From positions 11,160,001 to 11,224,000 of the forward strand of contig NC_047017.1 of NCBI RefSeq assembly GCF_902652985.1: 64,000 nucleotides of DNA, given 5' to 3'. Shown here piece after piece: positions 39,968-52,848 of this stretch. Positions within the stretch are counted from its first letter, which is position 1. Every line of letters begins with the position of its first letter. Below the pieces are notes generated by a model. The model saw only the letters and a list, made by a program, of their open reading frames with translations, was not told the origin of the DNA and ran no database searches. The translations under genes were made by a program, and so were the position numbers. The stretch is from Pecten maximus (Eukaryota).

Positions 39968-42119
39968 CACCAAATACATTCGTCTTGACTGTCAATACAC
40001 ACAATATATTATAGTACTGTCTTGTCTGTCAATACACACAATAGATTATTGTCCTCGTCTTGTCTGTCAATACACTCAATATATTATAGTACTCGCCACG
40101 TCTGTCAATACACACAATATATTATTGTCCTCGTCTTGTCTGTCAATACACACAATATATTATAGTACTCGCCACGTCTGTCAATACACACAATAGATTA
40201 TTGTCCTCGTCTTGTCTGTCAATACACACAATAGATTATAGTACTGTCTTGTCTGTCAATACACACAATAGATTATTGTCCTCGTCTTGTCTGTCAATAC
40301 ACACAATATATTATAGTACTCGCCACGTCTGTCAATACACACAATAGATTATAGTACTCGTCTTGTCTGTCAATACACACAATAGATTATAGTACTCGTC
40401 TTGTCTGTCAATACACACAATAGATTATAGTACTCGTCTTGTCTGTCAATACACACAATAGATTATAGTACTCGTCTTGTCTGTCAATACACACAATAGA
40501 TCATAGTACTCGCCACGTCTGTCAATACACACAATAGATTATAGTACTTGCCACGTCTGTCAATACACACAATAGATTATAGTACTCGCCACGTCTGTCA
40601 ATACACACAATAGATTATAGTACTCGTCTTGTCTGTCAATACACTCAATATATTATAGTACTCGTCATGTCTGTCAATACACCCAATATATCATAGTACT
40701 CGCCACGTCTGTCAATACACACAATAGATTATAGTACTCGTCTTGTCTGGCAATACACACAATAGATTATAGTACTTGCCACGTCTGTCAATACACTCAA
40801 TATATTATAGTACTCGCCACGTCTGTCAATACACACAATATATTATAGTACTCGTCTTGTCTGTCAATACACACAATAGATTATAGTACTCGTCTTGTCT
40901 GTCAATACACACAATATATTATAGTACTCGCCACGTCTGTCAATACACACAATAAATTATTGTCCTCGCCACGTCTGTCAATACACTCAATATATTATAG
41001 TACTTGCCACGTCTGTCAATACACACAATATATTATAGTACTCGTCTTGTCTGTCAATACACTCAATATATTATAGTACTTGCCACGTCTGTCAATACAC
41101 ACAATATATTATAGTACTCGTCTTGTCTGTCAATACACACAATAGATTATAGTACTCGCCACGTCTGTCAATACACACAATATATTATAGTTCACACCAC
41201 GTCTGTCAATACACACAATAGATTATAGTACTTGTCTTGTCTGTCAATACACCCAATATATTATAGTACTCGTCTTGTCTGTCAATACACACAATATATT
41301 ATAGTACTCGTCTTGTCTGTCAATACACACAATAGATTATAATACTCGTCTTGTCTGTCAATACACCCAATATATTATAGTACTTGTCTTGTCTGTCAAT
41401 ACACCCAATATATTATAGTACTCGTCTTGTCTGTCAATACACACAATATATTATAGTACTCGTCTTGTCTGTCAATACACACAATAGATTATAGTACTTG
41501 TCTTGTCTGTCAATACACCCAATATATTATAGTACTCGCCACGTCTGTCAATACACACAATAGATTATAGTACTCGCCACGTCTGTCAATACACCCAATA
41601 TATTATAGTACTCGTCTTGTCTGTCAATACACACAATAGATTATAGTACTTGTCTTGTCTGTCAATACACCCAATATATTATAGTACTCGCCACGTCTGT
41701 CAATACACACAATAGATTATAGTACTCGCCACGTCTGTCAATACACACAATAGATTATAGTACTTGTCTTGTCTGTCAATACACACAATAGATTATAGTA
41801 CTTGCCACGTCTGTCAATACACACAATATATTATAGTACTCGTCTTGTCTGTCAATACACACAATATATTATAGTACTCGCCACGTCTGTCAATACACAC
41901 AATATATTATAGTACTCGTCTTTTCTGTCAATACACACAATAGATTATAGTACTCGTCTTGTCTGTCAATACACTCAATATATTATAGTACTCGTCTTGT
42001 CTGTCAATACACTCAATAGACAAAGCGAGTACATGTGGTTATATTGACAGACGATGCGGTGTTTTTGACAGACGATGCGAGTATATGTTGTGTATTAACA
42101 GACGATACGAGTATCTGTG
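39968..42119. mobile_element. Foldback-like element: 38-bp satellite (TGTCAATACACACAATAGATTATAGTACTCGTCTTGTC)n ending in inverted degenerate copies
   Basis: Array ~39980-42020, inverted units 42020-42119; flanking direct repeat GTCTA(CACCA) at 39963 and 42120. Confidence 0.6.
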
Positions 42120-42241
42120 GTCTACACCAGATCAGAACGTAACCCTGGAACTTTTCCAGTAGCGGTTTAAAATTTTAGATTTCTGATAGCAAAGTGTAAG
42201 TATCTTTCGCAAGTGTTGGCCAGCAAAGTCGAGATAGATAC

Positions 42242-42309
42242 TAGCCTGAGTTTCCTCCGACCCTGACCTACACCAGACATGGTGTCAGGACCAGAGGAAA
42301 CTCAGGCTA
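42242..42309. mobile_element. TAGCC hairpin MITE, opposite orientation with internal deletion
   Basis: TAGCCTGAGTTTCCTC...GAGGAAACTCAGGCTA; loop CCTACACC; 9-bp flanks GATAGATAC / GAGAGATAC. Confidence 0.85.
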
Positions 42310-43277
42310 GAGAGATACCAAATATTAGTCGAATAATCATTAGTAAAACAATTCATGTATAACTAAGCATCAGTTTGGAAGAATGGGAATTCTTTAAATT
42401 GGAAATAAACTGTCGTCTCCGAATAACTATCATCTTTCTAACGAATACAACTTATCAGACCCGACGTCATCCCTCACTTCACATACATCTTCACGTGGCG
42501 CTGAATTCCAGACCTTCCCCATAAGTTACTGTTGTTTAAGTATTCAGATAATTCAAGTTGAGTGATTTTTGTCTTGTCTGCCGCAAAACGTCTCCGAGTT
42601 ATTTTCAAATGACCGCGCGTCCTCGAAACTCCACGTATTACGATATACCCGGCCTGGAAGAAAGCTTGCGACCGTAACCCCTGAAGTACCGAGGACGCAG
42701 GGGAGTTCACTGCTTTTTTTGTGTGATTATTAAACAACAAAAACAATCATTTTCAATTTGGTTGATATTGATCGTTGTCAATATCAACCAAACTCTATTG
42801 TAAATAGAGCGCATAAGCAGACAACTCATAATACTATGTTACGTTTACTAGACAAATCATCCCAAGTTTATGGCCTAGGAATTCCAAAAACAGGGGATGT
42901 GGCATGCCGGAAAACTGCACTTTTAGTTAGGTGTTCAGCCTAGTTTCTCAGAACTGTCCTAACAGTCTGGAACAGTTGTTATATGGACATCATATAACCC
43001 GCTAAATAGTAAAGTGAATTTTAGGACTTCTCGGTCTTACTCCGTTTATAGTCATACTGAAACAAGTGGTTTGATGTATCAAGAATTTTCTATTCTCACT
43101 TCTCAGAAGAGGAATGTTTTGGGGGTAAAGCTCGATTAAAGTTACTTTAACTAGAAAATGTTTTTTTAAGATATAAATGCCCCCGCTGCCACTTGACACC
43201 CCAAAACTTCGGCAGTTCCTGAGACTAGCTAGTAGTACATTAGAGCGGAACTGGACTCAAGGATGTTCCATTTAGTC

Positions 43278-43390
43278 CACAGGGGCTTGGCACGATTTTC
43301 CAAATGATAGTCCATATATATATGTATATACTATATACATACATGTATATATATGGACTATCATTTGGAAAATCGTGCCAAGCCCCTGTG
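43278..43390. mobile_element. 113-bp hairpin element with 8-bp TSD
   Basis: ~44-bp perfect arms CACAGGGGCTTGGCACGATTTTCCAAATGATAGTCCATATATAT; TA-rich palindromic loop; ATTTAGTC on both sides. Confidence 0.92.
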
Positions 43391-45282
43391 ATTTAGTCCT
43401 ACTATTCTCCGACAAAATAGGACCGTGTACCCAAGGACTGGTCTCATTTGGTTAGTTTATATCGACGAGGTAGCATTCTAAAGTAAACAAGACAAACGGC
43501 TTTTGCAAAATGGACAAAATCGGTGAGGGTGAAAGAGTCGGCCATTGCCATGGCTGCCATTCACAACCGCCTTATTTTCATTCATCTATTTCCAAAACTG
43601 AAAACAGCTATTTCAGGCACCCTTACTCTTACCCTAACATGCAGTGGATGGCTTTCTGAACAGCTAAGAAAAGGAGTTTTATAAAAGTGGAAATGAGGCT
43701 CTTAACCAAAATTCAAATCCTTCATTATGAGGCTCACAACTTATCAATCAACCCTTGTAATTATAATAGCTTACAATAATTTTCAGAAGTGTGACCATTG
43801 AGCTTTAACCTTGATCGATGACCTCAAAAATCTAATCCAGTGTAGGGCTTGGTGTAACTATTAGGGCTTGGTGTAACTATCTGTTTAAAGAATCTTTTGA
43901 ATACTGTGAAGATTAACCAAAGGTCAATATATAGGCCACTAAAGGTCATGGGTCAATTTCAATCAGAGCGACATCTTTTGTTTGCATAAATCTTCTAACA
44001 ATGTTATGATTCATCGTTTGAGGAAATGTTGCTAATTATCTCTCATCATAATCAGACACTCCCAAATTTATCTGTACCCACCTTGACCAAAGTTTAAATC
44101 TCAATAACTGAGTAATTAAAATTTAACTTCTGGTCAAGGTGGAATCAAGTAAAGCTGGTCCTGTTTGTTAACACAACTGATATCCTTCCGATCTAGGAAT
44201 CTGTTAACAGGTTTATTGAATTAAATTGATCAGTTAGAAAACATCAGCTAACTGACATAAAATCATGACTCTAAGTTTTATAGTTCTGTAAAAGAAGTCA
44301 TCTAAACTGACAGACAGATATCATGCTATGTATGAATTCATGATGAACTTCATGCTGGGAATGTTCGAAACTGATGATTTATTCAGTAAACTTCTTGATA
44401 TCCCAGATTACTACTGATGTGATCTCATTTTATCTGAAATGAACATCATAGCACAATGGTGATTTGTTAAAATTATACAACTACTATAACAAGAATGTAT
44501 CATTTATTTCAATATCATAATACTCATGATTGATGACATTTTTTATTTGAAAGTTCTGGACAGCTGCCAAGAAAATGACTAAACTTGAATGGTACCACAC
44601 CCAGAAATCCTGTCAGCTTCATAAAGTACACTGTGTCCACTTTCCAAATATATTTGAGATGATTAGATATCTTCACACTTAAGTATGAAATGTGTATTAT
44701 ATTGTCTCTACACACAACATGAATTGATATTAATAGTGCTTTCAATATTATGAAAGCAAATAAATTAAAAAAAATTAAAAGTGTCATGGCAAAAGCTGAA
44801 CACCATAATTTTGAGAAATTTTCATTGTCTTAAATACACAGATCTTATCTCCAGATATTTCCAGCCTCTCCAACACCAGACAAAACAGTGATTTATTTCA
44901 GTCATAACATGGCAGGTGTCAGTTTCAGGATGTCCGTTACAATGTCGTTGATTTCAGTTTCTGTCTGACAGACTAGATCCTGATAACATGAAGTATACAA
45001 CACCTGCCTCACAAGGCCAGTCTGTCTCAGTGGCCCTGCTGCATGTACAAACACATTTGTATCAAATTACACACTTTTCCAGGTATGCATGAAGACACTC
45101 ACCAATTACCTGCATTTTTGGGGTATTCGTTTCTATATTCTATAAAGATGTAGTGCTTTTATTTCAATATTACTTGGAAAAAAACTTCACACAATGTAGA
45201 CATCATCATGAAAGTTTATACGAAGGACTGGAATTTCTCCCCACCTGCATGTTCAGAATATTTAGTTATCAACGCCTGTGTG

Positions 45283-45558
45283 CTCACACCTGTATGTATA
45301 TTCACACCTGTATGTTCACACCTGTATGTTCATACCTGTATGTATGTTCACACCTGTATGTTTGTTCACACCTGCATGTTCACACCTGTATGTTTGTTCA
45401 CACCTGTATGTTCACACCTGTATGTTTGTTCACACCTGTATGTTCACACCTGTATGTTTGTTCACACCTGTATGTTCACACCTGTATGTTTGTTCACATC
45501 CGTATGTTCACACCTGTATGTTCACACCTGTATGTTCACACCTATATGTTAACACCTG
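45283..45558. repeat. 14/18-bp repeat (GTTCACACCTGTAT[GTTT]) at the start of the MED6 3' UTR
   Basis: Begins ~5 nt past the MED6 stop; explains ORFs 45153/45208/45278. Confidence 0.92.
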
Positions 45559-45562
45559 GTCA

Positions 45563-45684
45563 TTATCTAATTAGTTTTGGTTTTTTCTCTGGTGGAGGTT
45601 TGATGACATTAGATGGCTTTTCTTCTGTTTTTTCTTGTTTTATCTCCTGTTTGACTGTCACTGCCTCTGGTTTGGGAGTATCCT
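45563..45684 (-). CDS. MED6: Mediator subunit 6, exon 8 (last)
   Basis: Acceptor ttttttatatttacag|AG, phase 1; EDTPKPEAVTVKQEIK...KPPPEKKPKLIR* (compare the MED6 C-terminal PPEKR motif). Confidence 0.85.
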
Positions 45685-46213
45685 CTGTAAATATAAAAAA
45701 AATCATCTTGAGGTACCGCATTAGAGAGGTTTATCTGACAAACATGATATTGTCTACAGGGTCCAGATTAGAGAGGTTTATCTGACAAATTTGATATTAA
45801 CTACATGTCCAGATAAGAGAGGTTAATCTGACAAACTTGATATTAACTACAGGGTCCAGATTAGAGAGGTTCAACTTATACATACATTAGATTTATCTAA
45901 GTTATATGACATTAATGAAAGGTGTCAGATAAGAAAGATGTTTTAATGTATCTGTTTATCTGATTATAAGTATCACCTTATGAAACCTAAGGTATATATC
46001 TGATATAGCGACTACAAGTCAGTGAGAATGATTAAAGTTAACTCTATTTTACAAACAGAAACAAACTGATGAGACTTCACAATACATGTTGTTCATGACG
46101 TTACATCAGACATATCAATCCCCATACAGACCACCACGTTATGAAGATGATCTGTTTATAATTTTCTATTGTACAGGTTATCAAACACAGTAAATGGTGT
46201 GATCTGGTGAAGA

Positions 46214-46516
46214 GTTTGGTTTGGTTTGGTTTATTTTGTTTAACATCCTATTAACCGCTAAGGTCATTTAAGGACGGCCTCCCGTGCGTGCGATATGCAT
46301 GCGTGTGGTGAGTGCGTATGTGTGTTTTGGGAGGCTGCGGTATGTTCGTGTTAAGTCTCCTTGTGATAGGCCGGAACTTTTGCCGATTTATAGTGCTACC
46401 TCACTGAGGCGTACTGCCGAAGACATCCGGCAGGACACCCCACCCGGTCACATTATACTGACAACGGGCGAACCAGTCTTCCCACTCCTTATATGCTGAG
46501 CGCTAAGCAGGAGCAG
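46214..46516 (-). mobile_element. 5'-truncated MetaSINE-type SINE
   Basis: Minus strand reads GACTGGTTCGCCCGTTGTCAGTATAATGTGACCGGGTGGG...TCAGTGAGGTAGCACTATAAA (Meta-domain-like, recognised from memory) and tail GATGTTAAACAAAATAAACC(AAACC)n. Confidence 0.75.
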
Positions 46517-47322
46517 TAAGTAAGGAGTTCTCATCTTAGTACTAAATTCTAACCCACTTATCTATAGCGACCCATACTTGGAAATTATTTTTTATAACAA
46601 GGATTAGCAATAACTATTATTCTAAAGTCCATGTCAAGTGGTGAGTGTGCATGTGATTTATCAAATAAAGACATGTATATGAATTATAAGTACATTGATG
46701 GTGGGTATATTTTCAATGATTTTCGAGGTCAAATAAATGGCATGAAGTACATAAACATACTAGTAGAAAATTTGTAGGGAATTCAGTTTGACAAACGTAG
46801 GTTTAAGTTTTAAATAGCAGAGTTTAACCGGTAATGCAAAATATACATCCTGTTAAATTTGTGCCAAAATAAATAATCTAATTAAAATCAGATCTCTCAT
46901 TACACTGTGTAGTGTAATGATGAAACACTTTTTTGTATCAAAGCCCAATAGCATGTCATGATAAATGTTATGAAGTTTCATAAAGATCAGATGAAAAATG
47001 AGCCTGCTGATCTAGATCCCCGACCAAGTTTAAAATGCTGAAAAAAGGTCAATAACTCTGTAAAAAAAAATGTCAAATCAAAATACCACACTCAAGAAAG
47101 CACAACTTAATGCCTAGAATATAAAGCATATCATGTTCAAAAGAGATTTTTTAAAACTGATTGAGGAGATCTATTACACAAAGTTCAAATGCTGAAAAAA
47201 AAAATCATCAAATCAAATGTCATGATCAAAATGGGAGTCAAACTTTAAAGAGACTGGTCTGAAAATGAGGGAGATCTCGAAATGAGGTTAAGATGCTGAA
47301 AACTAGAATAGCCACTTCTATA

Positions 47323-47762
47323 ATTAGGACAATACAATATCATACAACATCATAATTACCATAAGGACAATACAATATCATACAATATCATAATTACCAT
47401 AAGGACAATACAATATCATACAATATCATAATTACCATAGGTCAATACAATATCATACAATATCATAATTACCATAAGGACAATACAATATCATACAATA
47501 TCATAATTACCATAGGTCAATACAATATCATAATTACCATAAGAACAATACAATATCATACAACATCATAATTACCATAAGGACAATACAATATCATACA
47601 ATATCATAATTACCATAAGGACAATACAATATCATACAATATCATAATTACCATAAGGACAATACAATATCATACAATATCATAATTACCATAAGGACAA
47701 TACAATATCATACAACATCATAATTACCATAAGGACAATACAATATCATAATTACCATAAGG
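47323..47762. repeat. 38-bp repeat (AAGGACAATACAATATCATACAATATCATAATTACCAT)n
   Basis: About 12 copies with an internal 10-bp duplication. Confidence 0.93.
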
Positions 47763-48186
47763 TCCACAAGGATTCAAAGAGATTATTTAAAAATAAAGAA
47801 AGGGAATCTCCAGGATATATAAAACTGAAAAAGGGCAGTTACTCTTTGAAAATCATCAAATTAAAATGCTGTCTGGAAAATACAACTCCACATCACAGTT
47901 ATCAATACAAAGTTCCAAGGTGATTGAAAACTGAGGGAAGAGATCTCTAGACAAAAAATAATGTTACATACAGATTAGTATATAAAAATGTATCAGTAAT
48001 GATCTGTAATCTGATGTTGAAGTAGGATGTGGTTCATGGACAAAGCCATTTAAATTCGTCCATACATTTATTACAGTGTGTCTTTATATAGACTTGTGTT
48101 TTATCATTTTAGCATGAACAAACAGTAAAGGGACCATTTGTCTGACAATGTAAAATGAAATAAGATGCATGGACATGCTTTCATAT

Positions 48187-51006
48187 CATCTATCTCCACA
48201 GCTGGGGGTATCCCCTGGCCTAGTGACATCTATCTCTACAGCTGGGGGTATCCCCCGGTACAGTCCTAGTGACACCTATCTCTACAGCTGGGGGTATCCC
48301 CTGACCTAGTGACACCTATCTCCACAGCTGGGGGTATCCCCTGGACTAGTGACACCTATCTCCACAGCTGGGGGTATCCCCTGGACTAGTGACACCTATC
48401 TCCACAGCTGGGGGTATCCCCCGGTACAGGCCTAGTGACACCTATCTCCACAGCTGGGGGTATCCCCCGGTACAGGCCTAGTGACACCTATCTCCACAGC
48501 AGGGGGTATCCCCCGGTAGTGGCCTAGTGACACCTATCTCCACAGCTGGGGGTATCCCCTGGTATGGGCCTAGTGACACCTATCTCTACAGCTGGGGGTA
48601 TCCTCTGGTAGTGGCCTAGTGACACCTATCTCTACAGCTGGGGGTATCCCCCGGTAGTGGCCTAGTGACACCTATCTCCACAGCTGGGGGTATCCCCCGG
48701 TAGTGGCCTAGTGACACCTATCTCTACAGCTGGGGGTATCCCCTGGTACAGGCCTAGTGACACCTATCTCTACAGCTGGGGGTATCCTCTGGTAGTGGCC
48801 TAGTGACACCTATCTCTACAGCTGGGGGAATCCTCTGGTAGTGGCCTAGTGACACCTATCTCCACAGCTGGGGGTATCCCCTGGTACAGGCCTAGTGACA
48901 CCTATCTCCACAGCTGGGGGTATCCCCCGTTAGTTGCCTAGTGACACCTATCTCCACAGCTGGGGGTATCCCCCGGTACAGGCCTAGTGACACCTATCTC
49001 TACAGCTGGGGGTATCCCCCGGTAGTGGCCTAGTGACACCTATCTCCACAGCTGGGGGTATCCCCGGTAGTGGCCTAGTGACACCTATCTCTACAGCTGG
49101 GGGCATCCTCTGGTAGTGGCCTAGTGACACCTATCTCTACAGCTGGGGTATCCCCCGGTACAGGCCTAGTGACACCTATCTCCACAGCTGGGGGTATCCC
49201 CCGGTAGTGGCCTAGTGACACCTATCTCCACAGCTGGGGTATCCCCTGGCCTAGTGACACCTATCTCTACAGCTGGGGGTATCCCCTGGCCTAGTGACAC
49301 CTATCTCCATAGCTGGGGGTATCCCCTGGCCTAGTGACACCTATCTCCATAGCTGGGGGTATCCCCTGGCCTAGTGACACCTATCTCCACAGCTGGGGGT
49401 ATCCCCTGGCCTAGTGACACCTATCTCCATAGCTGGGGGTATCCCCTGGCCTAGTGACACCTATCTCCACAGCTGGGGGTATCCCCCGGTAGTGGCCTAG
49501 TGACACCTATCTCCACAGCTGGGGTATCCCCCGGTAGTGGCCTAGTGACACCTATCTCCACAGCTGGGGGTATCCCCTGGCCTAGTGACACCTATCTCCA
49601 CAGCTGGGGGTATCCCCTGGCCTAGTGACACCTATCTCCACAGCTGGGGTATCCCCCGGTAGTGGCCTAGTGACACCTATCTCCACAGCTGGGGGTATCC
49701 CCCGGTAGTGGCCTAGTGACACCTATCTCCACAGCTGGGGTATCCCCCGGTAGTGGCCTAGTGACACCTATCTCCACAGCTGGGGGTATCCCCCAGTAGT
49801 GGCCTAGTGACACCTATCTCTACAGCTGGGGGTATCCCCCGGTAGTGGCCTAGTGACACCTATCTCCACAGCTGGGGGTATCCCCTGGCCTAGTGACACC
49901 TATCTCCACAGCTGGGGGTATCCCCCGGTAGAGGTCTAGTGACACCTATCTCCACAGCTGGGGGTATCCCCTGGCCTAGTGACACCTATCTCCACAGCTG
50001 GGGGTATCCCCTGGCCTAGTGACACCTATCTCTACAGCTAGGGGTATCCCCCGGTAGTGGCCTAGTGATACCTATCCCTACAGCTGGGGGTATCTCCTGG
50101 CCTAGTGACACCTATCTCCACAGCTGGGGGTATCCCCTGGCCTAGTGACACTTATCTCCACAGCTGGGGGTATCCCCTGGCCTAGTGACACCTATCTCCA
50201 CAGCTGGGGGCATCCTCTGGTAGTGGCCTAGTGACACCTATCTCCACAGCGGGGGTATCCCCCGTTAGTGGCCTAGTGATACCTATCTCTACAGTTGGGG
50301 GTATCCCCTGGCCTAGTGACACCTATCTCCACAGCTGGGGTATCCCCCAGTAGTGGCCTAGTGACACCTATCTCTACAGCTGGGGGTATCCCCCGTTAGT
50401 GGCCTAGTGATACCTATCTCTACAGTTGGGGGTATCTCCTGGCCTAGTGACACCTATCTCCACAGCTGGGTGTATCCCCTGGCCTAGTGACACCTATCTC
50501 CACAGCTGGGGGTATCCCTCGGTAGTTGCCTAGTGACACCTATCTCCACAGCTGGGGTATCCCCTGGTAGTGGCCTAGTGACACCTATCTCCACAGCTGG
50601 GGGTATCCCCCGGTAGTTGCCTAGTGACACCTATCTCCACAGCTGGGGGTATCCCCCGGTAGTTGCCTAATGACACCTGTCTCCACAGCTGGGGGTATCC
50701 CCTGGCCTAGTGACACCTATCTCCACAGCTGGGGGTATTCCCCGGTAGTGGCCTAGTGACACCTATCTCCACAGCTGGGGGTATCCCCTGGCCTAGTGAC
50801 ACCTATCTCCACAGCTGGGGGTATTCCCCGGTAGTGGCCTAGTGACACCTATCTCCACAGCTGGGGGTATCCCCTGGCCTAGTGACACCTATCTCCACAG
50901 CTGGGGGTATCCCCGGTAGAGGCCTAGTGACACCTATCTCCACAGCTGGGGGTATCCCCCGGTAGTTGCCTAGTGACACCTATCTCCACAGCTGGGGGTA
51001 TCCCCC
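48187..51006. repeat. 40/47-bp minisatellite (GACACCTATCTCCACAGCTGGGGGTATCCCC[CGGTAG]TGGCCTAGT)n in MED6 intron 7
   Basis: About 60+ copies with two interspersed length variants. Confidence 0.97.
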
Positions 51007-51149
51007 AATAGTGGCTTGGTGAGAACTTGTCTACTTTGTATGTCCAAAACACAAGTGATTCTGCACACATCATATCAAACAATTTTACATATCATAATAT
51101 TATATTATACACTTTGTACATGTATAAGTTTACATTAGTTCCTCTAAGT

Positions 51150-51712
51150 CACATAAATACCTCTAACTACAGGTAACCACATAGATACTTCTAACTACAG
51201 GTAACCACATAAATACTTCTAACTATAGGTAACCACATAAATACCTCTAACTACAGGTAACCACATAGATACATCTAACTACAGGTAACCACATAGATAC
51301 CTCTAACTACAGGTAACCACATAAATACCTCTAACTACAGGTAACCACATAGATACATCTAACTACAGGTAACCACATAGATACTTCTAACTACAGGTAA
51401 CCACATAGATACCTCTAACTACAGGTAACCACATAAATACTTCTAACTACAGGTAACCACATAAATACAGGTAACCACATAAATACATCTAACTACAAGT
51501 AACCATATAAATACCTCTAACTACAGTTAACCATATACAAATGTAAATACCTCTAACTACAGTTAACCACATAAATACCTCTAACTACAGGTAACCACAT
51601 AAATACTTCTAACTACAGGTAACCACATAAATACCTCTAACTACAGGTAACCACATAAATACTTCTAACTACAGGTAACCACATAAATACCTCTAACTAC
51701 AGGTAACCACAT
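51150..51712. repeat. 28-bp repeat (ACATAAATACCTCTAACTACAGGTAACC)n
   Basis: About 20 copies. Confidence 0.94.
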
Positions 51713-52247
51713 ATACTGCTATAAGTAAAATGTCCTTTCTAGAAAGTTTTTTTTAAACTATGAAACTAGATATAGCACAAGACAGGTAGAGTTATCTCCC
51801 TTGCAGGTTACAATAAGTGTGTGCCACATCTAGTTGAGTGTAACAGAATGCTCGTGTAACAGAATGCTCATATATTTTCTAAGTACTAGTATTTCCACTT
51901 CGTGGAATAAAATTACAAAAAATCTTTTTGAACATAGAATTAAGAATTAAGTCCTGTAGGCATATCAATAATCTACAGACTACAGCTTCTGACCTTCCAA
52001 ATAAAATTGGTCCATTCTAAGCAGTTGTATACATGTGTAGCAACACACTAGCAAGTAAAATCCATTACCGTGGTAGTCATCCCCTCTCATCTCTAGTCGG
52101 TGGCGATAATCTGGAGATCTCACCTTTGACCTCTGTGGACTGGGTTGGGGATATAGATGACTCTGTAATGATGGGAACCTCACCTTTGACCTCTGTGGGC
52201 TAGGTTTGGGGTATGAATGATTTTGTACAATGATGGAAATATCTCAC

Positions 52248-52391
52248 CTTTGACCTCTGTGGGCTGCGTGGGGGGTATGAACTTAGGAGGGAATTTTTTA
52301 GACAACTCTCCAAGTAACAAGTCCACTCTCTGTCGCTGGAACATGGAGCTTGGCTCTTCTTTCTTCTTCTTTTCCTTTGAATCTTTTTTAT
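52248..52391 (-). CDS. MED6: MED6 exon 7
   Basis: atatcacag|AT ... AAA G|gtgaga; KKKKEEPSSMFQRQRVDLLLGELSKKFPPKF. Confidence 0.95.
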
Positions 52392-52848
52392 CTGTGATAT
52401 AAAAATTTAGATATCTATGATGCAAGGGAGATGACCACAAAAAATATATTCAGCTTTTAAAAATCTCAAGTTAGATTTTTAATTCAACAAAACTGACCTC
52501 CATGTACCAATCTAAGGATACTACAGATAGAATTTCAGGAACTCCTCATGTATATGTTCTAGTCTGGAAGTCCATGTATACCTCCATATACAGACTGTAA
52601 GTGTATACAGTAGGTTAGTGTATATCACTAGATGCTGTATACAAATGTGACAATATACCATTACTACATTGTACAAACTGTATTTATCCTGTAATGAAGC
52701 CCGAGGGGCCAACACAAAGTAGGAGATATTATAAAATGTATATATTTAGGCGCATACTAATACTAATTTTTGCCTATGAATGAATTTAAATAGTTTTAGT
52801 GCAACCACAGTGCTTGCTGCAGAAAACAATATTCAGAAATTGTAATCT

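Noticed and set aside
45153-45785. 210-aa Cys/His-rich ORF on +
   Set aside because: Made of the 14/18-bp repeat plus the antisense of MED6 exon 8.
51150-51712. CAG|GTAACC donor-like motif in the 28-bp array as another donor amplification
   Set aside because: It is on the strand opposite MED6 and no adjoining plus-strand exon is evident.
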